64,000 nt of DNA, taken from positions 24,460 to 88,459 of the forward strand of contig JBGAGQ010000021.1 in assembly GCA_044226625.1 (NCBI GenBank), given 5' to 3'. Source of the stretch: Thermoanaerobaculia bacterium (lineage in GTDB: Bacteria; Acidobacteriota; Thermoanaerobaculia; Multivoradales; UBA5704). Made by a program: the position numbers and the translations under genes. A model generated the notes under the pieces. That model did no database searches. It saw nothing but the letters and a program-made list of their open reading frames with translations, and had not been told where the DNA came from. Shown here piece after piece: positions 38,576 to 48,395 of the stretch (its first letter is position 1; each line of letters starts with the position of its first letter).

Positions 38576-41135
38576 CGCCCCGCAGCCGCAGCGCGTTGCC
38601 GATCACCGAAACCGAAGAGAACGACATCGCCGCGCTCGCGACGATCGGCGAGAGGAGCAGGCCGAACGCCGGGTAGAGGATCCCCGCGGCGAGCGGAACG
38701 CCGAGAAGGTTGTAGGCGAAGGCGAAAACCAGGTTCTGCCGGATGTTCCGCATCGTCGCGTGCGACAGACGCCGGGCGCGGACGATCGCACCGAGATCGC
38801 CTCCCATCAAGGTCACGCTCGCGCTCTCGACCGCCACGTCGGAGCCCGTGGCGAGCGCCAGGCCCACCTCCGCCCGGGCGAGCGCCGGGGCGTCGTTGAC
38901 GCCATCGCCCGCCATCGCAACGCGGCGCCCGGCCGCCTGGAGGCGCTCGATCTCCTTCGCCTTCCCCTCGGGCAGCACCTCGGCGATCACCTCGGCGATC
39001 CCGAGCTCGCGCGCTACCGCCTCGGCCGTGGCCCGGGAATCGCCCGTGAGCATGACCAGCCGGAGACCCTCCTGCCGGAGCGCCGCTAGCGCCGCCGGGG
39101 TGGAAGGTCGAATCGGATCGGCGATCCCGAGCAGCCCGAGGACGCGACCGCCCCGGATCACCGCGACCACCGTGCGGCCGCCGGCTCGGAGCGCGGCCGC
39201 CGGCTCGTCGAACGACGATCCGAGCTCGCTCTCCGCTACGCCGAGCTCCTTGGCCAACAACCGGTTTCCCAGGGCGACCTCGGTTCCCGAGAGCATCCCC
39301 GAGACGCCGCGACCCGAGAGGGCTCGGAAGCTCTCGATTTTCGGCGGATCGATTCCGCGCTCGGCGGCGCCGGCAAGAATCGCGGCGGCGAGCGGGTGCT
39401 CGCTGCCCCGTTCCAATCCGGCCGCGACGGAGAGCAGATCCCGTTCGTCGATCCCGGGCGCCGGTCGGATCTCGACCAGCCGAGGCTTCCCCTCCGTCAA
39501 GGTCCCGGTCTTGTCCATCACCAGCGTGTCGACTTTTTCGAGGGTCTCGAGCGCGGCGGCGTCCCGGAAGAGGACTCCCGACCGGGCTCCCCGGCCGGTT
39601 CCGACCATCACCGACATGGGTGTTGCGAGGCCCAATGCGCAAGGGCAGGCGATGATGACCACCGCTACGGCGTTGACCAGGGCATAGGCAAACCGCGGCT
39701 CGGGCCCCACCGTGAGCCAAATCAAGAAGGTGAACACCGCCACGGCGACCACGGCCGGAACGAACCAGGCGGCCACCCGGTCGGCCAACCGCTGGATCGG
39801 CGCGCGGCTTCGCTGTGCCTCGCCGACCAGCCGGACGATCTGCGCGAGCACGGTGTCTTGGCCGATCCGCTCCGCGCGGAAGACGAAGCTCCCGGAGCCG
39901 TTCACCGTGCCGCCGACCACCTTGGCCCCTGGCTCCTTTTCGACCGGGATCGGCTCGCCCGACAGGAGCGACTCGTCGACCGAGCTCATCCCCTCCTCGA
40001 CCGTTCCGTCGACCGGCACCTTTTCGCCCGGCCGGACGCGTAGGCGGTCGCCGACGTGGATCGCGGTGATTTCCACCTCCTCGTCGCGCCCATCGACGCC
40101 GACTCGAAGCGCGGTCTTGGGTGAAAGGCCGAGCAGAGCGCGGATGGCCGCCCCGGTCGAACGGCGTGCGCGCAGCTCCAAGACCTGGCCGACCAAGACC
40201 AGCGCCGTGATCACCGCCGCCGCTTCGAAATAGAGAGGCGGACGCCCGCCGTGGCCGGAGGCGGCCACCCCCGCGGGCAACCAGCGCGGAAACAGCACGG
40301 CGACGAGGCTATAAAGATAGGCCGCTCCAGTGCCGAGGGCGATCAGGGTGAACATGTTCGGGCTGCGATAGCGGATCGAGTCCTTGGCTCGGACGAAAAA
40401 CGGCCATCCTCCCCAAAGGACCACCGGCGTGGCGAGGGCCAGTTGCAGCCAGGCCACCCAGCCACCATGAAGGGCGGAGACTCCCGCCATGCCCACCATC
40501 TCGATCACGAGAAGAGGAAGGGCGAGGATGGCGCTGCCGATCAACCGGCGTTGCATGTCCAGCAACTCGGGGTCGGGACCTTCCTCCAGGGTCGGCACCA
40601 TCGGCTCGAGCGCCATGCCGCAGAGCGGGCACGAGCCCGGTGCGTCGCGCACGACCTCCGGATGCATCGGGCAGGTCCACTTGGCACCCGGCGGAGCCGG
40701 CTCGGCGACGGCTTCGCTTCTCGGCGCGAGGAATTTGCCGGGATCCTTTTCGAACTTCTCCCGGCACCCCGCGCTGCAGAAGTAGTAGGTCATTCCGCCC
40801 AGCTCGGTGCGGTGCTTGGCCGTCGCGGGATCGACGGTCATTCCGCACACCGGATCCACCACTTTCTCGGCTTGAGCCTGAGCTGCAGGCTTGTCGAGGT
40901 ATTTGCCGGGGTCCTTTTCGAACTTCTCTCGGCATCCCGCGCTGCAGAAGAAGTAGGTCTTTCCGTCCAGCTCGGTGCGGTGCTTGGCCGTCGCGGGGTT
41001 CACGGTCATTCCGCACACGGGATCGAGAGCTTTCTCGGGTGTTGTCGGCGCCGCGTGCTCGCCGTGGCAGCAGGACTTCTCGGAAGTGGAGTGGGAGGCG
41101 GTTTGGTGTTCGTCCATGGGAGGGTCCGTGGCCAT
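38565..41135 (-). CDS. copA: Cu(I)/Ag(I)-translocating P1B-type ATPase with two YHS domains and a heavy-metal-binding domain
   Basis: [26 protein letters not shown] and MxxSS motifs; WTCPMHPE...CPLCGM; two DPVCGM YHS repeats. Confidence 0.93.
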   Translation of the reverse strand: MATDPPMDEHQTASHSTSEKSCCHGEHAAPTTPEKALDPVCGMTVNPATAKHRTELDGKTYFFCSAGCREKFEKDPGKYLDKPAAQAQAEKVVDPVCGMTVDPATAKHRTELGGMTYYFCSAGCREKFEKDPGKFLAPRSEAVAEPAPPGAKWTCPMHPEVVRDAPGSCPLCGMALEPMVPTLEEGPDPELLDMQRRLIGSAILALPLLVIEMVGMAGVSALHGGWVAWLQLALATPVVLWGGWPFFVRAKDSIRYRSPNMFTLIALGTGAAYLYSLVAVLFPRWLPAGVAASGHGGRPPLYFEAAAVITALVLVGQVLELRARRSTGAAIRALLGLSPKTALRVGVDGRDEEVEITAIHVGDRLRVRPGEKVPVDGTVEEGMSSVDESLLSGEPIPVEKEPGAKVVGGTVNGSGSFVFRAERIGQDTVLAQIVRLVGEAQRSRAPIQRLADRVAAWFVPAVVAVAVFTFLIWLTVGPEPRFAYALVNAVAVVIIACPCALGLATPMSVMVGTGRGARSGVLFRDAAALETLEKVDTLVMDKTGTLTEGKPRLVEIRPAPGIDERDLLSVAAGLERGSEHPLAAAILAGAAERGIDPPKIESFRALSGRGVSGMLSGTEVALGNRLLAKELGVAESELGSSFDEPAAALRAGGRTVVAVIRGGRVLGLLGIADPIRPSTPAALAALRQEGLRLVMLTGDSRATAEAVARELGIAEVIAEVLPEGKAKEIERLQAAGRRVAMAGDGVNDAPALARAEVGLALATGSDVAVESASVTLMGGDLGAIVRARRLSHATMRNIRQNLVFAFAYNLLGVPLAAGILYPAFGLLLSPIVASAAMSFSSVSVIGNALRLRGVRI
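40729..41024 (-). repeat. Internal tandem duplication of the YHS domain (168-bp period)
   Basis: [43 protein letters not shown] versus [43 protein letters not shown]; highly similar at DNA level. Confidence 0.9.
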
Positions 41136-41239
41136 GCTATCCGGGTGGTTTCGATAGGGGAAACCCGGTCGGCTTCTCCGTTTGTTCCCGCACGGACCGG
41201 CGACCTGCCTTGACCCGGCGACGACGGCTCGTTCGCCCG

Positions 41240-41277
41240 AAAACGAAAAGCCCGGCGATTCGTGGATCGCCGGGCTT
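41240..41277 (-). terminator. Rho-independent terminator after the CsgG-family gene
   Basis: 12-bp stem AAGCCCGGCGAT/ATCGCCGGGCTT running into TTTTCGTTTT on the minus strand. Confidence 0.75.
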
Positions 41278-41303
41278 CTCGAAGCTTAGTTCTCCAGCCG
41301 TTC

Positions 41304-41930
41304 TTACAGGTCGGCAGCCTTCAAGCTGGCCGTGAGCTGCTGGATGCAGGGCTTCATGACCTTGTCGAACATCCGGTCGTCGTCCACGCCGCCGCCGAAA
41401 CCCCCGACGAAGACCTTGGAGCTCGACTCTTCCGCACGCGCCTCGTCGGCCCACAGGATCTCACCGGTCGAGGTGTCGATCAGGCGGGCGTTCATCGCCG
41501 CGACGAAGGTTTTCTTGCCGACCGAGAAGCCGGGCAGGCCGCCGATGCCCGGGCCGTGGGCGCTCTTGTCGGTCGTTCCGTACTCGGTGACCGAGCCGGT
41601 CAAGAGATAGTTGACGCCGATGAGCTTGCCGACCTTGATCGCCTGCTTGGGATCCACGTCACCCGAGAGGGTGAGGTTCTTTTCCTGCATCAGGGCGTCG
41701 AGCTGCTCGCGCTCCATGACCCGGAATTTGCCGCTCTTGACCAGCTCGGTGACGAAAACGTCCTGAGCCGCCTCGGCTCCGCCGTGGAACCACCACTGGT
41801 TGTCGGCCTTGTTCTTGAACTCGAGGACGGCGATCTTCGGCTTGGAGCTCTTGTCGGCCGCCGAAACGAGGTTCGGGGCGATCGCGGCCGCGACCAATGC
41901 GCCGACGAGCCACAGGGACGTGCGCTTCAT
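41304..41930 (-). CDS. CsgG/HfaB family protein
   Basis: Signal peptide, IAVLEF, LVKSGKFRVMEREQLD, G.L.GV.YLL.GSVTE, RLIDTSTGEI. Confidence 0.85.
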   Translation of the reverse strand: MKRTSLWLVGALVAAAIAPNLVSAADKSSKPKIAVLEFKNKADNQWWFHGGAEAAQDVFVTELVKSGKFRVMEREQLDALMQEKNLTLSGDVDPKQAIKVGKLIGVNYLLTGSVTEYGTTDKSAHGPGIGGLPGFSVGKKTFVAAMNARLIDTSTGEILWADEARAEESSSKVFVGGFGGGVDDDRMFDKVMKPCIQQLTASLKAADL

Positions 41931-42069
41931 GTTCAGTGACCTCCTTCGAGAGGATCCCCTGCCCGGGGACCCGTTGGATCGCCCGCAATCGGAGCCGCGT
42001 TGGGGCGTTCCTAACAGGCGCGGCTCGAGTGCAAAACGTTACAACCCATTCTAGCGCGTTTCGACTCCC

Positions 42070-44358
42070 TCAGAAGCTGTCCCGGGCCGGCCGTAGAGCC
42101 GCCTCGCGCTCCTGGGCGTCGACCACGCAGATAGCCGCCATGTTGACGATGTCCTGAACCTCGAGCCCCGGCTGGAGGACGTGGACCGGCCGCGCGAGAC
42201 CGAGCAACACCGGGCCGATCGCCTCGGCGCCCGCGAGGCGCCAAACCAACTTATAGGCGATGTTGGCGGATTGGAGCTCGGGAAAGATCAGGACGTTCGC
42301 GGGCTTCGACAGCCGGCTCCAGGGGTAGATCTCGGTGAGGATCTCCTCGAGGATCGCGGTGTCCGCCTGCATCTCGCCGTCGACTTCGAGGTCGGGCGCC
42401 TCTTCGCGGAGGATCTCCACCGCGCGCCGCACTTTCCGCGCCGCGGCGTGGCTGTTCGAGCCGAAGTTCGAAAAGGAGAGCATGGCGACCCGCGGCTCGA
42501 TCTGGAACCGCCGCGCGAACTCGACCGTGAGACGGGCGATCTCGGCGAGCCCTTCGGCCGTCGGATCGATGTTGACCGTCGTGTCGGCGAAGACGAACAC
42601 GCGGTGCTTGAGGATCAGGAGGTAGGCGCCGCAGATCCGCCGGACGCCCGGCCGCAGGTCGATGATCTGAAGCGCCGGCCGGATCGTCTCGGGGTACGAC
42701 TGGGTCATGCCCGAGATCAGCCCGTCGGCGTCGCCCTGATCGACCATCATGGCGCCGAAGTAGTTGCGCTGGCGCATCCGCTTGAACGCCTCTTCCCGGG
42801 TGATTCCCTCGCGCCGGCGCAGCTCGTGGTAGCGCTCGGCGTAAGCGCCGAAGGTCTCCGAGCTCTCGTTGTGGAGGATGGTCAACCGCTCTTCGGCGAG
42901 ATCGAGCTCGGCCAGGCGCGGAGCGATGACCTCGCGCCGAGCGAGCAGGACAGGGTGGGCGATCCCTTCGTCGACCAGGATCTTCGCCGCGCGGAGGATC
43001 TTCTCGTGCTCCCCCTCGGGGAAGACGATCCGCTTCGGTTTGCGCTTGGCCTGGTCGATCAGGCCGCGCATCAGCTCGAGCCGGCGGGAGATCAGGGTTT
43101 CGAGCCGACGCTCGTACGCGGCGAAGTCGGCGATCGGAACCCGTGCGACGCCGCTTTCGACCGCGGCCGCGGCCACCGCCGGCGGCACGGTCAGGAGGAC
43201 GCGGTGGTCGAGCGGCTTGGGGATCAGATAGTCGCGGCCGAAGCGGAGCGCTTCCAATCCATACGCCTTGAGGACCGAGTCCGGCACGTCCTCCCGGGCG
43301 AGAGCCGCGAGAGCTCGGACGGCGGCAAGCTTCATCGGAAGGTTGATGTCGGTCGCCCGGACGTCGAGCGCGCCCCGGAACAGAAACGGAAATCCGAGCA
43401 CGTTGTTGACCTGATTCGGATAGTCGCTCCGACCGGTCGCGACGATCGCATCGGGGCGCTCGGCACGGACGTCCTCATAGCCGATCTCCGGATCCGGATT
43501 CGCCATCGCGAAAACGACCGGATCGGCGGCCATGCCGCGAATCATCTCGCGCGTCACGACCCCTCCGACCGACAGGCCGACGAAGACATCGGCCCCCCGC
43601 AGCGCCTCGCCGAGCGTCCGGAGCCCCGTTTCGCGCGCGAAGGCCGCTTTGTATGGGTCCATCTCCTCCGCCCGGCCGGCATAGACGACCCCGTGCCGGT
43701 CGCAGATCAGGATGTTCTCCCGCCGGGCGCCGAGCTCCAGGTAGAGCGCGGCGCACGAGAGCGCGGCGGCGCCCGCGCCGGAAAAAACGATCTTCGCCTC
43801 TTCGATCCGTTTGCCCGCCACCTCGAGCGCGTTGAGCAGGGCGGCGCCCGAGATGATCGCGGTGCCGTGCTGGTCGTCGTGGAAGACCGGAATGCTCATC
43901 GCGGCCTTCAGGCGCCGCTCGATTTCGAAACACTCCGGCGCCCGGATGTCCTCCAGGTTGATGCCCCCGAAACTCGGCTCGAGCAGCTTCACCGTGCGTA
44001 CGAACTCATCCGGGTCCTCGGTCGCCACCTCCAGGTCGAAGACGTCGATGTCCGCGAAGCGCTTGAACAGGACGCCCTTGCCCTCCATCACCGGTTTCCC
44101 CGCGAGAGCGCCGATGTTCCCCAAACCCAGAACGGCCGTGCCGTTGCTGATCACCGCGACCAGATTTCCCTTGTTGGTGTACTCGTAGGCGAGCAGGGGA
44201 TCCCCCTGGATCTCCTTGCATGGATAAGCGACGCCGGGGCTATAGGCGAGCGATAGATCGCGCTGTGTGGCGGTGGGCTTGGTCGGGACGACCTCGGTCT
44301 TTCCCTTCCGCCCTGTGGAGTGGTAGAGGAGAGCGTCTTCCCGGGTGACTTTTCTCAC
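42070..44358 (-). CDS. maeB: NADP-dependent malic enzyme with phosphotransacetylase domain
   Basis: [45 protein letters not shown]; C-terminal PTA domain (DGEMQAD). Confidence 0.96.
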   Translation of the reverse strand: MRKVTREDALLYHSTGRKGKTEVVPTKPTATQRDLSLAYSPGVAYPCKEIQGDPLLAYEYTNKGNLVAVISNGTAVLGLGNIGALAGKPVMEGKGVLFKRFADIDVFDLEVATEDPDEFVRTVKLLEPSFGGINLEDIRAPECFEIERRLKAAMSIPVFHDDQHGTAIISGAALLNALEVAGKRIEEAKIVFSGAGAAALSCAALYLELGARRENILICDRHGVVYAGRAEEMDPYKAAFARETGLRTLGEALRGADVFVGLSVGGVVTREMIRGMAADPVVFAMANPDPEIGYEDVRAERPDAIVATGRSDYPNQVNNVLGFPFLFRGALDVRATDINLPMKLAAVRALAALAREDVPDSVLKAYGLEALRFGRDYLIPKPLDHRVLLTVPPAVAAAAVESGVARVPIADFAAYERRLETLISRRLELMRGLIDQAKRKPKRIVFPEGEHEKILRAAKILVDEGIAHPVLLARREVIAPRLAELDLAEERLTILHNESSETFGAYAERYHELRRREGITREEAFKRMRQRNYFGAMMVDQGDADGLISGMTQSYPETIRPALQIIDLRPGVRRICGAYLLILKHRVFVFADTTVNIDPTAEGLAEIARLTVEFARRFQIEPRVAMLSFSNFGSNSHAAARKVRRAVEILREEAPDLEVDGEMQADTAILEEILTEIYPWSRLSKPANVLIFPELQSANIAYKLVWRLAGAEAIGPVLLGLARPVHVLQPGLEVQDIVNMAAICVVDAQEREAALRPARDSF

Positions 44359-44416
44359 GGCTCCCGGATTCTACAGATCCGGCGTCGCGCGCGCTGGAGG
44401 GCCGATCGCTCCGGCC

Positions 44417-44902
44417 TCAGCCGCGGGATTGGCGCGAGAGGAGAACCTCTTCGAAGACCATGCGGTAAACGCCGAGCAGGTCGTCGAAGATCCGCTTGAA
44501 ACCGATCTCCAGCGATTCCGATCGCCCCGGTACGTCGAGGAAGGCCGGGAGCAAAACTCCTTGCTCTTCTCGAAGATCGGCGAGCAGGCGATCCTCGTCG
44601 ACGTCTCCGCCCCCTGCAGTTCCCCCGCGTCCGGTTCGGCCGGGCTCGGCGGTCGCCGCCAAGCGCTTCAGGCTCGCCGAGCGTCTATCCACGAGGTGGA
44701 GGGTGTAGAAGAACTGGAAGTATTCGATGCCGAGCGATTCCAGGAGCCGTTCGAGCGTTTCGAGCTTCGGCAGGCGGCCGTTCTCGTATTTCGACAGCTG
44801 GCTCTTGCTGATCCCCGCATCCTTGGCGACCTGGCCCTGGCTCTGGCCACGGAGCTCGCGCAAGAGGCGCAGTGTCAAACCGAGGTGACGGAACATCTCC
44901 AT
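44417..44902 (-). CDS. XRE-family HTH transcriptional regulator (paralog A)
   Basis: LRLLRELRGQSQGQVAKDAGISKSQLSKYENG. Confidence 0.88.
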   Translation of the reverse strand: MEMFRHLGLTLRLLRELRGQSQGQVAKDAGISKSQLSKYENGRLPKLETLERLLESLGIEYFQFFYTLHLVDRRSASLKRLAATAEPGRTGRGGTAGGGDVDEDRLLADLREEQGVLLPAFLDVPGRSESLEIGFKRIFDDLLGVYRMVFEEVLLSRQSRG

Positions 44903-44908
44903 GCCGAA

Positions 44909-44967
44909 AATCTATCCGGCACAGGTGATCGAATTCAAGCCTAAGTCATTCAAAAAGAATCACTTAC
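44909..44967 (-). promoter_or_regulatory. Leaderless sigma70-type promoter plus conserved upstream box (XRE A)
   Basis: GTAAGTGATTCTTTTTGAATGACTTA-N3-TTGAAT-N18-TAGATT-N6-ATG. Confidence 0.7.
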
Positions 44968-45157
44968 GGACCTTCGTGCGGAGCCGTTTGCGGCGCTTTT
45001 TAGCAGAGATCGACGACTAACCCTCCAATCAGATGATTCGTTCCGACAACAAAAAGCGAGAATCGCGAAACGAAACGACATCGTGACGGCCAGCGGCTGG
45101 GTTCCGGATTTGCGCCATTCCGGGGCTCTGCGAGCGTCGATTTCCGTGCCGAGGAAC

Positions 45158-45610
45158 CTACGAGAGAGGCGGGGGAACCGCTTCGGAGCGCGCCACGACG
45201 CGGAAGAAGACGACGTACTCGCCCAGCTCCAAGGCGCCCTGGGCCAGCGAGTCCGGTCGCTCGAGGGCGGCTCGAACGAACGAATCGAACCGATCGAGAG
45301 TCTGCCGCAGGGAGTCCGACAAAGGCTCGGGTGACTCGAGCTTCGGCAGACCGGTCGGTTTCTCGCGCCCCCGGATCGCGCTGTGCTCGGCCTCGACCAA
45401 GTCGTAACGCCGGAAGAACTCTTTCCGCCCGACGGCGAGAGCATCGAGGATCTTCGCGAGCGTGCTGAACGTCGCCTCCTGCCGACCGTTCTCGATCCGC
45501 GAGAGCTGGCCCTTTCCCACCTTCGCCTCCTGACCGAGCGCGGAGAGGGTCTTCTTCTTCTCCTTGCGTAGCCGGCGCAGCGTCTCCCCGAGATGTTCGA
45601 ACGTCTCCAC
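45158..45610 (-). CDS. XRE-family HTH transcriptional regulator (paralog B)
   Basis: LRRLRKEKKKTLSALGQEAKVGKGQLSRIENG. Confidence 0.88.
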   Translation of the reverse strand: METFEHLGETLRRLRKEKKKTLSALGQEAKVGKGQLSRIENGRQEATFSTLAKILDALAVGRKEFFRRYDLVEAEHSAIRGREKPTGLPKLESPEPLSDSLRQTLDRFDSFVRAALERPDSLAQGALELGEYVVFFRVVARSEAVPPPLS

Positions 45611-45616
45611 CTCTTG

Positions 45617-45675
45617 AATCTATCCGGCATAGCGACGCGATTGCAAACGTAAGTTCTTTGCTATGAGTGACTTGC
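45617..45675 (-). promoter_or_regulatory. Leaderless sigma70-type promoter plus conserved upstream box (XRE B)
   Basis: GCAAGTCACTCATAGCAAAGAACTTA-N3-TTGCAA-N18-TAGATT-N6-GTG. Confidence 0.7.
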
Positions 45676-45870
45676 AAAGACTTCATTCGTTCTCTTCGAC
45701 GGAAAAATCAACCGCTGCGAAGAACCTGCTCGATGGTTTGTGAGGGCTTGTGCGAAAGAAGTTCTGGCCTGCGAAACGATTCGAACGCACCGAATCTTCT
45801 CGCACGGCGATCCGCCGGCTCGCTTTCCGACCTGTCGGCGCGCCTCGCGCGCCGATTTTCGCCGTCGGGT

Positions 45871-46425
45871 CTACTCTTCGAAGAGGTCGAGGCTCTTGCG
45901 CTCGAGGTCGAGAAGCCAGCGCTTCTTCTTCTCGCCCGCGATGAAACTGCCGGCCCCGGATTTATGGGTGACCACCCGGTGGCACGGGATGAGGATCGGG
46001 ATCGGATTCTCGTGGAGGATCGACAGCACCTGCCGGTAGGCGTCCGGCCGCCCCGCGGCCTCGGCGATGCTCGAATAGGTGCGCGTCTTGCCGTAACCGA
46101 CTTTGGCGGTCTCGCGCAGAACCCGCCGGGCGAATCCGCTGACGCCCGAGGGGCCGAGGTCGAAATCGACGTCCAGCTTGCGGCGCGCTCCCGCGAAGTA
46201 CTCCGCGAGGCTGCCGAAAATCTCGTCCAGGGTATCGGACTCGTCCACGTCGTGGAGCGGCCGATAGGCCGTCCGAGCCTTCCGATCCGGCACGATGACG
46301 AGACCGGTGATCACCGAGCCGCAGAGGTCGACGCCCAGTGAACCGATCGGCGATGGCATCAAGACCCGTAGCGGCTCGTACGGCACCGGTGGGTCGCCCA
46401 CGCCCACGACTTGAACCTCTGGCAT
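45871..46425 (-). CDS. ogt: Methylated-DNA--protein-cysteine methyltransferase
   Basis: SPIG, EYFAG, GKTRTYS.IA, NPIPILIPCHRVV active site. Confidence 0.9.
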   Translation of the reverse strand: MPEVQVVGVGDPPVPYEPLRVLMPSPIGSLGVDLCGSVITGLVIVPDRKARTAYRPLHDVDESDTLDEIFGSLAEYFAGARRKLDVDFDLGPSGVSGFARRVLRETAKVGYGKTRTYSSIAEAAGRPDAYRQVLSILHENPIPILIPCHRVVTHKSGAGSFIAGEKKKRWLLDLERKSLDLFEE

Positions 46426-46603
46426 GGATTCAAAGGTTAACACGGCCGGCGCGGAGGTCGGCAAGGCCCCTCGGGACACGAATCTTCGACGAAGCTCCTC
46501 GGTTTCTCTCGGGAAAACATCGATGTCGGGGGCGAGAAAAGAGTTGGCACAGAGGCATCCCCCGCCCCCTTCCGTTGTCGTCGCCGACAACCTCGTCACT
46601 GGC

Positions 46604-46662
46604 GCAAGATACTCATCACAAAAGACTTAGCGTTGCCAAACGAGGACTTTCGCGAGTAGATT
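46604..46662 (+). promoter_or_regulatory. Near-leaderless sigma70-type promoter plus conserved upstream box (XRE C)
   Basis: GCAAGATACTCATCACAAAAGACTTA-N3-TTGCCA-N18-TAGATT-N8-GTG. Confidence 0.7.
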
Positions 46663-46670
46663 CCGCCATC

Positions 46671-47150
46671 GTGCAATCCTCGACATTCGCCTGGGTGGGA
46701 GAGACCCTCCGCCGCGTCCGCAAGGAAAAAGGCAAGACCCTTTCCGAGCTCGCGGCGGTCGCGAAGGTCGGCAAAGGGCAGCTGTCGCGGATCGAAACCG
46801 GCAAACAGGAGATCACCCTCGGCACCTTGGCGAAGGTTCTCTCCGCCTACGGGCTCTCGCGCCAGGAGTTCTTTCGCCGCTACGACCTGGTCGAAACCGG
46901 CGAGCTCGACCGCTCGCGCGAGGCGCCGCGCGCGGCGCTCCCGACCGACCCACTCCGCTGGACCGAACGGATGCGGGAGTCGATCGGCCGGATCGAGACC
47001 TTCCTCGCCAACGCCGCCCACGACGTCCGTCCGCTCGCCCAAGGCGGCTTCGAAGCCGGGGAATACGTGGTGTTGTTCCGCGTCCTACCGCGCGCCGCGG
47101 TCGCCGCGGAGGATGGCGCCGCGCCGGACGAGCCGGAAGAACCGAAGTAG
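46671..47150 (+). CDS. XRE-family HTH transcriptional regulator (paralog C)
   Basis: LRRVRKEKGKTLSELAAVAKVGKGQLSRIETG; close paralog of B, sharing EFFRRYDLVE and LAQG..E.GEYVV.FRV. Confidence 0.88.
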   Translation: MQSSTFAWVGETLRRVRKEKGKTLSELAAVAKVGKGQLSRIETGKQEITLGTLAKVLSAYGLSRQEFFRRYDLVETGELDRSREAPRAALPTDPLRWTERMRESIGRIETFLANAAHDVRPLAQGGFEAGEYVVLFRVLPRAAVAAEDGAAPDEPEEPK

Positions 47151-47164
47151 CTCGCCCCGAGCGT

Positions 47165-47197
47165 AAAAAAACGGGCGCCCTCCGAAGAAGGCGCCCG
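47165..47197 (-). terminator. Rho-independent terminator (PEGA gene; between convergent genes)
   Basis: CGGGCGCC/GGCGCCCG stem with T7 on the minus strand. Confidence 0.8.
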
Positions 47198-47225
47198 CTC
47201 GATTCCGAATCCGAGAACGGCTGGT

Positions 47226-48395
47226 CTACTCGCCGCTCTTTTCCAGCTCGATCTCGATCTCCTGCTCGCCGCCCGGACGGATCGTCACCGTCTGCTCGGC
47301 GCCGCGCCGGCCCGGACGGACCACCGAAATCCGGTGCTGTCCGGCGTCGACCAGGAGGCCCTGGCGGAGACGGGCGATCTCCTCGGCAGTGCCGACGAAC
47401 CGGCCGTCAAGGTAGACCGAGGCGTCGTCGGGCTCGATCGAAAGGCGCAACCGGCCCTGCTCCTCGCCGACCTCGATTCGCGAGTCGTCGTCCTCATCCA
47501 CCGTATTTCGGCGGCGGTCGCGGTACGCGCGGTCGCGGTCGATCCGATCGGCACGCTCCCGCTCGTCGGAGATCCGGGTATCGCGCCGCTCGTGGGTCTT
47601 GGTCACGAGGTCTTCAGGACGGACCGAGGCACCGGGTACCAGCCGGTCTCCCACGTCCACCGTCAATCCCGGATAGATCGTGTACTGGCGCGCGAGCGTC
47701 TGGTAGCCGTCGCGGAAGAAGACGAGGTCGTAGGTTCCCTTGTCCAACCAGAGGTAGGTCGGGAAGCCGTCGAAGTCGTCCACCGTACCGATGTACTGAC
47801 CGTCCAGCCAGACCTGGGTGTCCCCCGGCCAGATGTCCAGGTCCAGAGCGCCCTGGTCGTCTTCGTAGCCGTAACGGCGTCCGTAACCGTAGCCCCCGTA
47901 GCCGTAGGGATACGGATCGCCCCACCCCCAGCCCCAGCCCCACCAGCCCCACCACGGGTTCGAATAGGGGCCGTAATACCCGCGGCCGTAACCGTAGTGA
48001 CCGCCGCCGTGGCCGCCATGGCCATGGTCGCCGCCCCGGCTGCCGCGGTCATGCCATTCGCCGCGGCCGCCACCCGGAGAGCTGGAGCGCGGCTGCGCGG
48101 TCCAACCGCCGCCGGTCGAGCCGGAGCTCGAGCCGGAGCCCGGGCTGGCGCTCTGGCCGCCGGACGACGTGCCGCCCGAGCTTCCGCCGGAACCGCCGCC
48201 AGAATTCCAGTTGCCGCGGTCGCCGCCCGGCTCGGAGCGCGCGTGCACGGCCTCGCCAGCCGAGCCGTCGCTGTGCCCATGGGACTGCGCCGCGATCGGC
48301 GCGGCCGCGAGCCCGAGCGCCACGAACAACGCGAGACCCCACGAAGGGGCGCGGCGGGCGCCTTCTGCGCCTGGTTCTCGAGTTGAAACTGTCAT
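47226..48395 (-). CDS. Secreted PEGA-domain protein with Gly/Ser and Gly/Tyr/Trp low-complexity regions
   Basis: Signal peptide; two PEGA domains (P.D.QVWLDGQYIG, P.DASVYLDGRFVG). Confidence 0.85.
   Translation of the reverse strand: MTVSTREPGAEGARRAPSWGLALFVALGLAAAPIAAQSHGHSDGSAGEAVHARSEPGGDRGNWNSGGGSGGSSGGTSSGGQSASPGSGSSSGSTGGGWTAQPRSSSPGGGRGEWHDRGSRGGDHGHGGHGGGHYGYGRGYYGPYSNPWWGWWGWGWGWGDPYPYGYGGYGYGRRYGYEDDQGALDLDIWPGDTQVWLDGQYIGTVDDFDGFPTYLWLDKGTYDLVFFRDGYQTLARQYTIYPGLTVDVGDRLVPGASVRPEDLVTKTHERRDTRISDERERADRIDRDRAYRDRRRNTVDEDDDSRIEVGEEQGRLRLSIEPDDASVYLDGRFVGTAEEIARLRQGLLVDAGQHRISVVRPGRRGAEQTVTIRPGGEQEIEIELEKSGE

Noticed and set aside
41304-41930. Curli biogenesis operon
   Set aside because: Stand-alone CsgG-family gene with its own terminator; no csgA, B, E or F.
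42181-44256. Long alternative ORFs (691 aa here; also 57825-59975, 32012-34102, 27826-29898, 9814-11259)
   Set aside because: Shadow frames of well-supported genes in high-GC DNA, with Arg/Pro/Gly-rich or antisense-codon composition and no motifs.
44417-47150. Prophage immunity region or restriction-modification controller locus
   Set aside because: No integrase, phage structural, DNA methyltransferase or endonuclease genes nearby; flanks are maeB and a PEGA gene.
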